DNA from: Amoebophrya sp. A120
Taxonomy: Eukaryota; Protista; Dinoflagellata
Direction of reading: 5' to 3'
Assembly (NCBI GenBank): GCA_905178155.1
Contig: CAJINV010000001.1
Coordinates: 15,190,142-15,254,141, forward strand
Length of the DNA stretch: 64,000 bases
Position numbers and translations under genes: made by a program. The notes beneath the pieces were generated by a model that was given only the letters and a program-made list of their open reading frames with translations, was not told the DNA's origin and made no database searches. Of this stretch, positions 46,696-58,100 are shown in pieces (within the stretch, counting starts at the first letter, position 1; each line of letters opens with the position of its first letter).

Positions 46696-47627
46696 AGGAA
46701 GTGCTAGCTTTTTGCCTGTGGAGCTGTATCATCTACGCAGATTCATCTCATATAGAAGCTGCGTAGTACGGAATTTCCACTTCGCAAGTTGGAGCTCTCA
46801 ATCCCGGTTGTCTGTGAACTGCGCATCGGAATTCGCTTTTTGGGAGATAATTTCCTAGTTTCTCCTTCTCTTTTCACTGGTACGGGTACGTACTCGAGTT
46901 TTTCAAGCGACAAGTATTTTAGTTTGTTAGCGACCGCATACAATCGGACAACGACAAGCGACAATTGCGAACGAAAAAAGCGTGCGAACGGCGCTCTTAC
47001 AAAATGCTTGATTAGATTCGGGTGTTCATCACAAACTTCTACTTTTTTTCGGACATGAGAGAATCGCGTGCACTATCGCCTTGTTTCCCGACCGGAGTTG
47101 GCTTTGCGTATAGATACGTCGTCTGCGAGTTGTTGATTGTTGCGCATCGAGATAAACAGTTCAAACTCGTTCATTCGTTGATGTCTTCGTTCGCCACGAG
47201 AAAGCGCTATCGATTCGAAGTCTTAGATATGAAGCAGCGGTAGGCGCGAAACTCAAAGCAGTCGAGAGGACTACAACCAGTCAAAATTATCGAAATCATG
47301 GTGCACCCCGCTCCTCTTGGCAGAAAGGAAATATAGAAAAAATTATTTTTTTTGACTCCCCGCGATCCGGTCGCAACTGGGGTCGGACGGGGAAAGTTCA
47401 AATCTTGTCCACTGTTGCTCGTCCATCCGCTACGACAGCAGCAGTAGTGGAAACTAGCGCGGGGTGCCAGCACAGTAGAGGAAAAGCAGAAACACGAGCA
47501 AACTCATTGCCGGTGTAGAGGGAAACGGAAAGCGTCCGGGCCTTCTTACTCTGTTGCCCCTACAGAGACCTTCGTTGCCGGGCCTCTCGTTTGTTCTTTG
47601 CACAAGAACCTAGTACCGCGACACACG

Positions 47628-50606
47628 ATGAAGAAGTTTGTGGAGAGACGGCTTGCGCGCGAGCGCGTGCTCGAGAAGGAGCAAATTGCACTGCGGAAAC
47701 AGGTGAAGGACATCGAACTTATGAAGTGCCACGGGGAGGCCGATTTCCGGGTCGAGGTCGCAAGAAGAGCACGAGAAACAAATGAACAGAAGGCCGAGGT
47801 ACAGGAATAGAGCCTGCTTTTGAAGATCGTGTTTTTATTGACTATGCGCGGTCGGAAAAGACTTCTCCTGACGCATGGAAGTAAAACTAAAGAACAACGA
47901 TAAATAATTCACTGTACAACTATAAAAAATCCAGGTTTCCACCGAGTATGCCCACGTGCAGGCACAGCAGGTTGCAACGCGAAAAGCCATCGTTAGCAAA
48001 ATGGAAACTGATCTCGCGATCGAGCTGGAGCGGAGGAAAGCACAAGCAGTTATTGAAAGGAAAAACTCCCCCTCCCCATATCGAAAAGGAATGTTTCCGA
48101 AAATTTGTGTTGCTGATTTGAGGCCACAAATCACATTTGTCTTGCAAGGAGACAAGGGCAAAAGCTTCGCCCCCATTATGGAAGCGATTTGTCATGCTGT
48201 TGTGCCTAAAGGGCAGCCGTTTCCCATGCTGAGCAACTAGATTGATACGCCCCTACATAGCCTGAAGATCTGGCCGCAGTGCCTTCCTGCAATACAGAGC
48301 TGATTTGTGTACACAAGTCCAGCATCAGAAATTTCGTTTTGATATGGGGAGGGGGGATTTTTCCTTTCGATAGCTGTTCGCGAGGAACAGGATCGCATCA
48401 GGATGTACGACGGTACACGACGATTGCTTCGGCTTTTTTTGTGTTAGGTTTCTGGTGGAAGCACGTTATCGAGCATGCAGCAGGCTGTATGTCGGTCATG
48501 ATTTGCACATCATTTTGGAAAAAATAGAAATGTCGTGTTTAGTTGTGTCGGGCTCAGAATTTTCTAAACCCGGCCAATCTATCAATCAATGCAGGTAGTG
48601 AGGAACTGCGACAAATCAAGACGAAGTTGCACCAAGCGCAAGTGAACAAGGAAAGGCATCAACAGCTCGTGGAGCAGCTCCTCAGAAAAGAGCAAGAGAA
48701 GCAAGAGGTACGCTTGCGTTTGTTGCGTCACACGGTACAGCCTTTGGTTTTCGGCCGACACTGAGCAGTAAAGCCAAGAGAAATATTCATGGATAATCAA
48801 CGAAAAATGAAACTAAAACAGGAAGAAGAAATTTCGCAGCGGATGGAGTATGATCGAAGGGAAGCAATCGAGAAGAAGATCGCGGACGAAATACACAAGT
48901 CTCAGCAAAGAGGTAAGGCTTTGTAGGCACGGTGGTTTTATTTTCTTGCGCCCATGTGCTGTGGTTTTACGCTCAAAGAAATGATCCGCTCCTCCTGCCC
49001 TTGCGTTGCTTTCTGGGGGGCACTGGGGCAGTGGAGGTATCACACACGACTGACGCTGCTTTTTTCAAGCGCATCTACCACCCACAACTCCAGGTAAAGT
49101 GACCGCAATAAATCAGCAGCAGATCATATTGCGAGAAGAGGCAAAGGGCTTGTCAAAAATCCAAGCCGAGAAGGAGAGACAACAGGTAGACATAACGCGT
49201 TTTCGCGTATACTAAGTTAATTCGAACGCACATCGTAAGAAAGTACCGAACAGATGAAGCAGTGAAGGTGCATAATCTGAATAAAAATCAGCTTGAAAAG
49301 TAATCTCCGAATCAATACTGCTGTTGTAGGTTGAAGCAATAGTGGAGCAGATCGCAAAAGAAGACGCTTTGGAAGCCGCCACAAGAAAGAGGAAACAGGA
49401 GGAAACCCAAGTCATGCTGCGGGCCTTCATGATTGAGCAGCAAGAGCGCCAACGAAAAATGGAGCAGGTATAATCACTCAATTGCTGCTGTTGAATGTGC
49501 ACGAGCAAACTGCTGCAAGGTATTCCAAGAAAAGATAGATTGCTTACTAAGTGCAACTTGTTCATGTTCCACCTGGACCTGTGTTGTTTCTCTGGAGAAC
49601 GGTCCGACTGGAACACAAAAAACAGGACGAGCTCGACGAGATGGCCGCTATCGAAGCGTTCGCGAAAAAGAAGCGTGCTTTGGAGGAGGCCCAAGAGGAG
49701 GAGAAGCGCAAGGCAGAGGAGGCGAAAAAAGCCGCTTACGAGCTCATCGTCGCGACCGCCGAAGCAAGAAACAAGGAGGCGGAAGAATTCGAATTCCTCA
49801 AGAACGAGCTGTAAGCTGCTTTTACTTCTTGTTGGAACGTTCCAGGTTCGTTGGTTGTCGTGAGGCCTGGTTCGAATTTCCTTTGGAGAATTAGATCTTT
49901 TCTTGAGAACAAATTTGCGCGTTGATGTTCACAAAACCGCAGGTACGCAGAGGAGCTCGAGGCCCAACAGCGACGGAAGGAGGAACTGGGTATGCGCAAA
50001 AAGCTCGAGGACCGCGCGGAAATGTTGAAGGCATACGAGGATCAGCTGCGTTTGAAGGAGGAGCGCCGGGTCCGCGAGGAGCGCGAGGAGGCGGTGTTCC
50101 GGGAGAAGCTGCTGCACAAATTCGCGGAGGACGACAGAATAGAACAGTTGAACGCACAGAAAAAGCGCATGAAGGTCCAGGAGCACAAGCGGGAAGTCGA
50201 GAGGCTACTGCAGGTAAGTATGTTGAGGGGTGCTGGCTTAGTACAACCTACAACTTCGCATGGCGATACGTGTACTTCAGTTGCTGCAGCATCTTGTTTT
50301 GCTTCGCCTTTTTGTGCTGAGCACGTGGACGTGGTAGCACGAGTCCCCTGCCATGTCATGCGCTACGTTTTATTTCTTCGTGAAAAACAGGAACGGCGCG
50401 CTCAGTACCAGGCGGAGCGGGATGCCGAGCTGCTGGAGCTGGAGGAGCAGCGCCGGGTGCAGAAGGAGCGCTACGTGGAGATCGAGGAGGAGAAGAAGCG
50501 GCTGCTCCGCGAGCATTGCGTCCAGTTTCGCGACTACCTGCCGAAGGGCATGTTCCAAAACCGCGAAGACTACGACTACGTCATGGCCCAGCCCGAGCCC
50601 AACTAA
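47628..50606 (+). CDS. MNS1: MNS1 (TPH-domain ciliary microtubule inner protein), multi-exon; one introner
   Basis: EELRQIKTKLHQAQVNKER, FREKLLHKFAEDDRIEQLNAQKKRMKVQEHKREVERL and EEEKKRLLREH...YLPKG match MNS1 signature blocks; the start is uncertain. Confidence 0.88.
48051..48372. mobile_element. Introner family C (322 bp, imperfect DR GCAGT/GCTGT), orientation 2
   Basis: TIR TATTGAAAGGAAAAACTCCCCCTCCCCATATC / GATATGGGGAGGGGGGATTTTTCCTTTCGATA; restores K-A-Q-A-V-R-E-E. Confidence 0.92.
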
Positions 50607-51452
50607 AAAGAAGTCCTGTGCGGTGTTCGCGGAAAAATTAAGCGAAATAATTCCTAAACTTTTATCAGACATCCAAAGCATCAAAAGTTTTAATTCTATC
50701 ATCAGACAAATCAGACAAAAAGTTGCAGTTGTCGGCAGAACAACTGCACGAAATAAAGGGAGGGGAAACAGCAGCACGACCTCCCACGGTTTCAATTTTC
50801 TTTACCTTTCTTTACACATCAGACTAAACGCAGACAAACTTGTTACGATTTGAAACTACAAACAGACCAAACAGATTATCATTTGAACTCGTGTTGAAGT
50901 AAAGCAGATATAGATTTAGCAGACCAGAAATTGTTCCTGCTGCTCGTTGGGTTCAGTTCTTGCTTCTTTCTTCTGCCAGAGTTGGCTGGCAGTTCGCCTG
51001 TACTCGCTACAAGCAGCAGTATGGAAAAAGCTGAAGAGACGTTTTGAATGTTTGCACTAGCGCCGGACTCATTCTTGCGCGAAATGGACGGAACAAAATG
51101 AACAGAACAACAGTAGATGCGGACACAAAACAACAAGTGCAGAACTTGTTCAGCTTTTGCGCGGTGTTTCATTATCTTGAATTTGGTGAAGCGCTAACAA
51201 AGTATGAAAAAAAGACGAAGCGCACTCCACCCGGTTTCTGGGTCAGAGGTGTCCCACCTCTGACAGGTACAACAGGAAAATCCTTTGCTTTCTTTGTGTT
51301 CCCCCACCTCGCTGCGCGTGGGACCATAAGCGCGCTTTAAGTACACTATGCATGGCTCAATGCTTTTTCACCGTCGCGTGAAGAAGGTCGCGCGGCCAGA
51401 TCTGAGGACAGCACTCAAGTCATGAACTAGGAGTCGAACATCAGTGTGCAAG

Positions 51453-52464
51453 ATGGCGTCTGAGGAGGCTGCGGAGGAAATTGCAGAAGAGGCCAGCGAA
51501 GAGTCCTCAGCAAACGTCCCGGAGCTGGATCTTTCACATTGTGGCGTCAAGCAAAGGGTCCGCGACATCCAAGCCGACATTAACGCCGAAGTGCTATCAG
51601 CTCGACAGGAGATAATTGTATTTGATGCTTTGATGAAGATGAAGTAAGTAGGTGTCGGCTCGAACGAAAACGATTATTCGCTCATATCTATCAAGCCAAA
51701 AGCTGACTTCTCTGTAAGTAAATGATTTTCGAATGCCAAAACCACTTCAACAGCGCCTCGAGCTGAAAAAGGGGACGCGAGTGAACGAGGAAGTTGCCAA
51801 GGAGGAGAAGCTATCAAATGTAAAAATGTCTGGGTATGGAAGAATGCAAGTTTGTCATGCTTGTCTGGCATGACTCTTCTATCTGTCATGCACCTTATCA
51901 AAGAGCCCCGCTTTTCTGTCATGCAGACACGTAGTTTGTCATGCAGAATAGGCAACACCTAGAAGCTCAGAAACTTGTCATGCTGAGCCAGCAATTGTCG
52001 CCTCCTCATGATACGCCACACAGCATCACAAGTTTCCAGACCCAGACATTTTTACATTTGATAGAAGCAATTCAAAGAGGGCGTGACAGCAGCCGTGAAG
52101 GGGACGCAGCGTGTTATCCTCAAAGACCTGCGCCGATTCGAGGATTCGATACAACCGGTGAAGCGGCTGCAACATGCGGAGAACGTATGACGGCAGAAGT
52201 TGCGAATTTCGTTGAATCATGCTCGCACCAGTTGTGCGTACTAACTCGCAGCAGCGATACATAGATGAATCACCGAAACAAGATCTGCAAGAGCCACTTA
52301 GCCTCAGAAAGGCAAATGCTTTCTGTAGTGACAAAAAAAACTAAAATCAGATGCGGATATTGAAGCAGACCACCCAGATCCGGCAAGACACGAAGGCGCT
52401 GCGGAAGATGCTTCGCAATTTGGACAAGCGGCTGCAGAAAATGGAAAACGAATTGGAGTTCTAA
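51453..52464 (+). CDS. Small coiled-coil hypothetical protein, multi-exon; one introner
   Basis: MASEEAAEEI... exon; EEKQFKEGV after introner removal; last exon ...LDKRLQKMENELEF*. Confidence 0.6.
51812..52063. mobile_element. Introner family B (252 bp, DR GAAGC), opposite orientation to the 28819 copy
   Basis: 30-bp TIR with one mismatch; DR 51807-51811 and 52064-52068; restores E-E-K-Q-F-K. Confidence 0.95.
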
Positions 52465-52960
52465 AAGAGCTTGTACGATGTAAAAACACGACTCGCCGAC
52501 AGTCGTAGTTGAAATCGATTCACTCGTTGGACATTGTTCTTTGGAAGCGGTGAACAAGTTAGATGTTTCGAGGCTGTAGATCTGTAGTTTGGATTTGGAA
52601 AAAAAAAACAGCTGAAAAATAACTGTAGAATCGAAGATGAACAAGGTAAGAGCACTGATAGATAGAGAAAGCAGGAAGTCACTGCTTCGTTCCACAGCCG
52701 GTTGTATCAGTGCCAGGAACCAATGATTGCACCCGCCTGACTCTTTGTGTTCGCATAGTGAGTCCCGTGATCTCCAGCTGAAAAATCTAGCGCTTAGAGT
52801 GGGCTGCGCAGAAGTACTGTCCTGGGACTCGATCCAAGGCTCAAATCTTAAGGCAGCTACCAACAGTTCGATTTCTAGGGCCGTCACCATGCTCCCACGA
52901 AGGTAAGTTACACCCCCCGTCCCCGCACTTATTAAATAGCACCAGCAGGCCGGCGCAACC

Positions 52961-55135
52961 ATGTCCGTGCAAAATTGGCCCCGTGTCAGCGTTGTGTCGC
53001 TGTTTGTCAGCTTTATGACGCTTTTCGGTGTGATGGTTTGGTGGGAAACCGACGATGAAGGAAATAGCACCAAACCAGCACTGCTCTCACGCGAGTGGAC
53101 GGAGAAACCGTGTGCGGACCACGGAGACTGTCCAGCGAAGTACGCCTGCATGCCCTTCACCATAAATTCTGGATCGGCGGCAGCCGCAGGAACGGGGGGG
53201 AAGAACGACGCAGCAAAAGCAAGACAATTTCGGTGCGCTGCTCGCAGTCTGGTGCTCGATTTTTCCATCTCGGACGTGCTGTGCACGCTTTTCGTCTTCG
53301 TAACGGCGTTTCTGTCCGCAGGTAGCGGGGTCGGAGGTGGCGGGGTGTTCGTACCCCTTTTTCTGATTTTGCTGAATTTCAGTGCCAAGGAAGCGGTGCC
53401 ACTGTCGAAGGCGTGTTGTCTCACGGGTTCACTGATCAACATCGTGCTGTTTTTGCCAGAACGAAATCCAGTTTTAGCCTCGCGGACACTGGTCGACTTC
53501 GACGTGGTGGCCGTTTTGAATCCGCCGCTGCTTGCCGGCATAACACTAGGCGTCATCGGTCACAAGATGAGCCCCGACTGGGTCGTCGTACTGCTGCTCC
53601 TGTCGACGTTAATTTTCGCTTTCAAAAAGTCCTGGGCCAAGGGGGTAACCCGATGGAGAGAGGAGACCAAAATGTTGCTTGCGCAGGAGGAAGAGGCAAA
53701 CGCAAACGAGGGGAATGACAACTCCTCGGGTAGTAGTGGAGAATCGGCTGCGCCAGCTTCGGCCACAACAAATGCAACGACCCCTGCAAAGGCTGCCACA
53801 GCGGCTACTGAGGTGAGAGGTCGAGACGCTGACAAGAACCCTTCTGCGTCTTCTCCAAACCTATCATCATCCCCCGGCCGATCGACAGGGAAGAAGGACC
53901 GAAACGCGGCAATTCGCACGCCGGGCACCGCAAACAAGACAACCAAGAAAACGATTTTCGGGCGGCGGTCGGAGTTCATCGCCGTCAGTGGCTTTGAAGA
54001 GGACGAGAACTACAATTCACAGGAAGATGATGTGGACCTAAGGGCTAGCGGCGGCGCAGGAGATGGGGAAAATACTGACACGACATTGCACTCCACCACG
54101 ATCATAAGGAAACAAACTGCGCGACCATCATCTTCTTCACGGAAGCCTGAGGAAACAACCGACGCGTTGGACCTCTCGCTTTTTTCCTGGCGGAATTACT
54201 TGTGGACCTGGCAGACCGCACGCAAAGCGATTGAAATCACGACTCTACTCTGTGTTTTTCTGTTCTTCGTCGAGTACACAAAAGCGCCGCGCTGCACTGG
54301 CCTGTATTGGTTGGAGGTGGTGTTCCAGTTGGCGGTTTGTCTCGTGTTTTTTGGATTCGCGTTGAGGCGAGTTCTCCAGGAAGAGCAGCGGGGGCAGTTG
54401 GTAAGGACAACAGATCTCGAAGATGTGGATCTGGAAGAGCTCGGGGAAGTTGGCACGGACGCTGAATTGGAAAGAACCGGCAGTGTGCAACGGGGGGGAT
54501 CAGCAGCAAGTGTGCCGAATTCGCGAAAAAGTTCCTCTGTGAAGGACGGTGAGCAGGAGATTCGCACAACGACGTCCATCACAAGCAGTGATTTTCAGGT
54601 TGATGACGAGGAGGACGACGCAGCAAGCAGCCGTCCGCGAAACAGCACCCCCGCCGGCAACGAGTGCGCGCAACTCGCCTGGGCGGAAGGCACGAACCGA
54701 GTCGTTTTTCCGTTGTATGCCGGAGCAGCCGGGTTTGTCGGTGGCTTTCTCGGCATTGGAGGTGGTATGCTTCTGTCGCCGGTTTTGCTGGACCTGGGAT
54801 TGCTGCCTGAAGTCACGCAAGCAACAACGGCGATGTTCGTCTTCCTGAGCAGCGCACTCGCCATGTTGCAGTTCTTCCTGTTGGACCTCGTTATGCCGAG
54901 CTACGTCTGCTGGTATGGCTTCTGGGTCTTTGTAGCAACCGCTGCGGGACAGTTTTTACTGAAAAAGCTTCTGCAGCTCTACCAGCGCAAGTCGCTGATA
55001 ATTTTGTCCGTCGCGGCAATAATTTTTCTGTCGATGGTGCTAATGACACTGAATGGCCTCTATCGGCTCTACATAGACTACACGAACCAAGATTGGGAAG
55101 CACTTTCGTTTAGCTTCTCCAAGCTGTGCCATTAG
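52961..55135 (+). CDS. TauE/SafE (sulfite exporter) family membrane protein
   Basis: Two repeats of the family motif (SAGSGVGGGGVFVP; GGFLGIGGGMLLSP...PEVTQATT), many TMs, intronless 724 aa. Confidence 0.9.
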   Translation: MSVQNWPRVSVVSLFVSFMTLFGVMVWWETDDEGNSTKPALLSREWTEKPCADHGDCPAKYACMPFTINSGSAAAAGTGGKNDAAKARQFRCAARSLVLDFSISDVLCTLFVFVTAFLSAGSGVGGGGVFVPLFLILLNFSAKEAVPLSKACCLTGSLINIVLFLPERNPVLASRTLVDFDVVAVLNPPLLAGITLGVIGHKMSPDWVVVLLLLSTLIFAFKKSWAKGVTRWREETKMLLAQEEEANANEGNDNSSGSSGESAAPASATTNATTPAKAATAATEVRGRDADKNPSASSPNLSSSPGRSTGKKDRNAAIRTPGTANKTTKKTIFGRRSEFIAVSGFEEDENYNSQEDDVDLRASGGAGDGENTDTTLHSTTIIRKQTARPSSSSRKPEETTDALDLSLFSWRNYLWTWQTARKAIEITTLLCVFLFFVEYTKAPRCTGLYWLEVVFQLAVCLVFFGFALRRVLQEEQRGQLVRTTDLEDVDLEELGEVGTDAELERTGSVQRGGSAASVPNSRKSSSVKDGEQEIRTTTSITSSDFQVDDEEDDAASSRPRNSTPAGNECAQLAWAEGTNRVVFPLYAGAAGFVGGFLGIGGGMLLSPVLLDLGLLPEVTQATTAMFVFLSSALAMLQFFLLDLVMPSYVCWYGFWVFVATAAGQFLLKKLLQLYQRKSLIILSVAAIIFLSMVLMTLNGLYRLYIDYTNQDWEALSFSFSKLCH

Positions 55136-58100
55136 CGCTTGCATGGGAAGAAGCTGTAGGCTGCTGCGATCCAGTTTCGGGGACGCTGAGAAATCCAAAG
55201 AAGAATTAGTAACCGGATGCAAATGGCACTAACGCCACCCGCGTGTTCGACGTACGAGCACTGAAGGATGGCCTCAAAGGAGGCATCGTGTTATATGCTG
55301 CCGGTTGAGAGGAAATTGCTGGACGTCCTACTTGCGAACGTTTGTTAGAGTGAAGCTCGCGTTGATCTGCAGGTGAGCGATTCTATGTTGTGCCACTGGA
55401 GTCGACGCCACAGCGGGGTAATCGAGGGACGGTAGTCCTCGGGTCTTTCATTCCCGCATCTTAACAACCCAGATGCGTTTGACGACCGGGCCGCTTGCTC
55501 CCGAGACGAAATGCGTGCGTGCAGTAGTACTTAGGTTGAGTAGTCTTATGTCAGCTACTCTGGTTACCTACAGAGATAGAATGCACAGCCCCGCCATGGT
55601 TGGACTTCGTGACGAGGCGACTTATTTCGGCGGTGCGGGCCCGTCGTGTCGCGGACATTCGGAAGACCTCCCGAGCCTAAGCAGCTGCGGCAATGGGAAC
55701 GCTATTGATCAGATCGGTCCGCAGACCGCAACGGATGGCCGGCGCGCGAGCGTTGTGACAGCACAGAAGCCCCGGCGTGGGTGACTCATACCTCCCGACA
55801 ACCATCAAAAGTCGCGCGCAGTTACGAGTATACCTACAACTACGCGGACTCTAGGGCAAAGCTTCAGCGCCCCAGCGACTCGCCCCGCCGCCCACCGTTC
55901 GCGCTTCCTACACACCCGCGGCGCCTCTCGGCGCGCGCCCGCCCCCATTCGCGGCGGCTTTTGTGTTCCCGGCAGGCCCGCGAGGCGCCAGCCCTTTTTT
56001 CGCTGCCGGCCTATAATTGGGCAGCCGCGCCGCTGGAGCAGTCAGTGCCCGCGCCTTTCGTGGCAGACCCCGCCCCCTGGCGGCACTGCGATCGCTTTCC
56101 GCGAGGGCCGTATGGTGGCGCTGCGCCACCAGCTTGATCGCGGAATCGCGCCGGTGGCCACTCGTTCTACGGCTGCATTGTGCCCGTATGAAAGACACAA
56201 GTATCTCGGGAGGGCGTGTGACCGTAGAAGTTGTAGGTGTAGCCAGCTCGTTCAGGAGATGGTAGCGCATGAGCATGATGTGCTTGCTTAATCTACCTAA
56301 GGTGAGACCGAGAGCCACCTGAAAAGGTGCGCGCGGCGCTGTGCCAACAGATGTTTAGTCAGGTCAGGCGAGTTCTGGCACACAAGAGCAAGTTACCAGC
56401 AAGCGATGGCAAGTGATCATATAAATATGCGAGATCTGGCTGCCGGTGAGCGTGAGCCGTTCATTGCAGAGACGAGAGTACACTAAGTACGAGCCTGAGT
56501 GTAAGTGATAATGCAGCAGCAGTGCGCGAGAGTGTCCAAACCCCAGTAGCTGCAGAAACTCAGTGATTACTTTTAGTCAACAAGTTTCACGTACGAAGCC
56601 GGGTGGTCGGGTTAGTCGTTTCCGTGGTAACATGCAGCGCGCTCCAGCACCTGTCCGGAGTCCCCGCCCGGCAGCACCTTCTCGAGCGCCTTCACGAGGA
56701 GGTCCACGCAGCACTGCGACTCGGCGAGCCGAATCGGCGGGCCCAGGGGAAGCACGGGAAGGAGATGCGAACAAGCACGGGTATGTTAGCCAAATGAGCG
56801 TCGACCAAACGTTACGGAAACTCCATGTGCACACAGCGTGCATAACTTTTCTTGAGCACCAGTTCGATTGCCATTTCGTTCGGGCAAAGCAGCAAATTCG
56901 CGAAGACGCTTTGAATGTGCGTCGCAGGATGGACCAGGCGCTGCTGAACAAAAGTATGCTTTACTTGAATCGGATTTTCTCCTCGGCCGCTCGCAAGAAT
57001 GTTTGTGTTGTATTCATCTCGCACACGTTTACGTACTTTTGTTTAGCAAGGCGGGGGGCGGAAATTCATTCTTCAAAAAAACAGCGCGACCAGTCCCGGA
57101 GCTCGTCCCACAAGTCAGTCGAACAACATCAATGCCATCGTTTGTGCAACCAAAAGCGAAAAGGCTTTTCTAGCAACGAGGTCGAAAAGTTATGCCGGCT
57201 TGATCGGTTTCGGTTGCAGCTTTCAACATGGTGGCGTGCTGTTGCTGGCAGACGGATGTGCTTGTCTATCTTCAATTGTACATGATTTAGTCGTGGTTCA
57301 CTGAGTCATAGATAGTGTTGAAAGGAATATCTACCACTATTTTGTTTCTGATTTTGTCTCGTTGATGCACGAGCCATGACCCTGTACCATGAGTCTCTTG
57401 ATGAATGACCTGGCGTTGAAAGAATCGATGTAGGATGGGCTTGTATTTGGTTTGAAGGACGAGTCGAAGAACGAAACGAATGTCAAAGGAAAAGAACACA
57501 TTGGGATGACGGCCGAGGGGAAACGCTGGTCCGGAAAGTGCGCATTCAGCAGCTTGCAGAGCGTCTGCTTGAGATTGTTCGCCAAATGTAGGAGTCTGAG
57601 CTGTGCAATAATACATCGGCGTTCGTTGGTACGTTGGTTTGAGAGAAAATACAGAGATCTGTCTGATCTTCGGGGAGACAAAGACTAAGGTGTCTCTTTC
57701 CTTGTACTCTTGGATTTTGGGTGGGCAACCAGAGCCACTTTCACAAGAACGAGCGAGGTGGAGGCCATGAGTATTTATGTTTCCGAAGCGGGCAGCACAT
57801 GCACATCAGGCACGGCGTCTTTATCTTCGTGTACTGAAGTGGAGTTACCTCATTTGCGCACCAACGAGGGACTGCGAAGCACGACAGTGAGAGAGTAAGT
57901 ACATCCTGGAAAATCCTCGTCAAAACCAAAAAAAGTCTGATTTCGTGCGAAGATGCGTCGTAAAGTAGTTCACAAGCTCGATGGCTCGTGCCGCAATTAT
58001 GGCTCCTCCCGTATCTGCATCAGCGTAAGCTTTCGTGAACGCAATCGCCAACACCCGCGGCGCAGTCGGGGTTCCTTGCGACGTAAATACCTCGGGAGAA

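Noticed and set aside
51941-52264. Recurrent peptides such as FQTQTFLHLI, KCKNVWVWKNAS and KGKIPPPHI in many ORFs, suggesting a protein family
   Set aside because: They are translations of introner TIRs, not protein domains.
52270-53556. 428-aa minus-strand ORF and other long antisense ORFs
   Set aside because: Antisense shadows of GC-rich + strand genes with no recognisable motifs.
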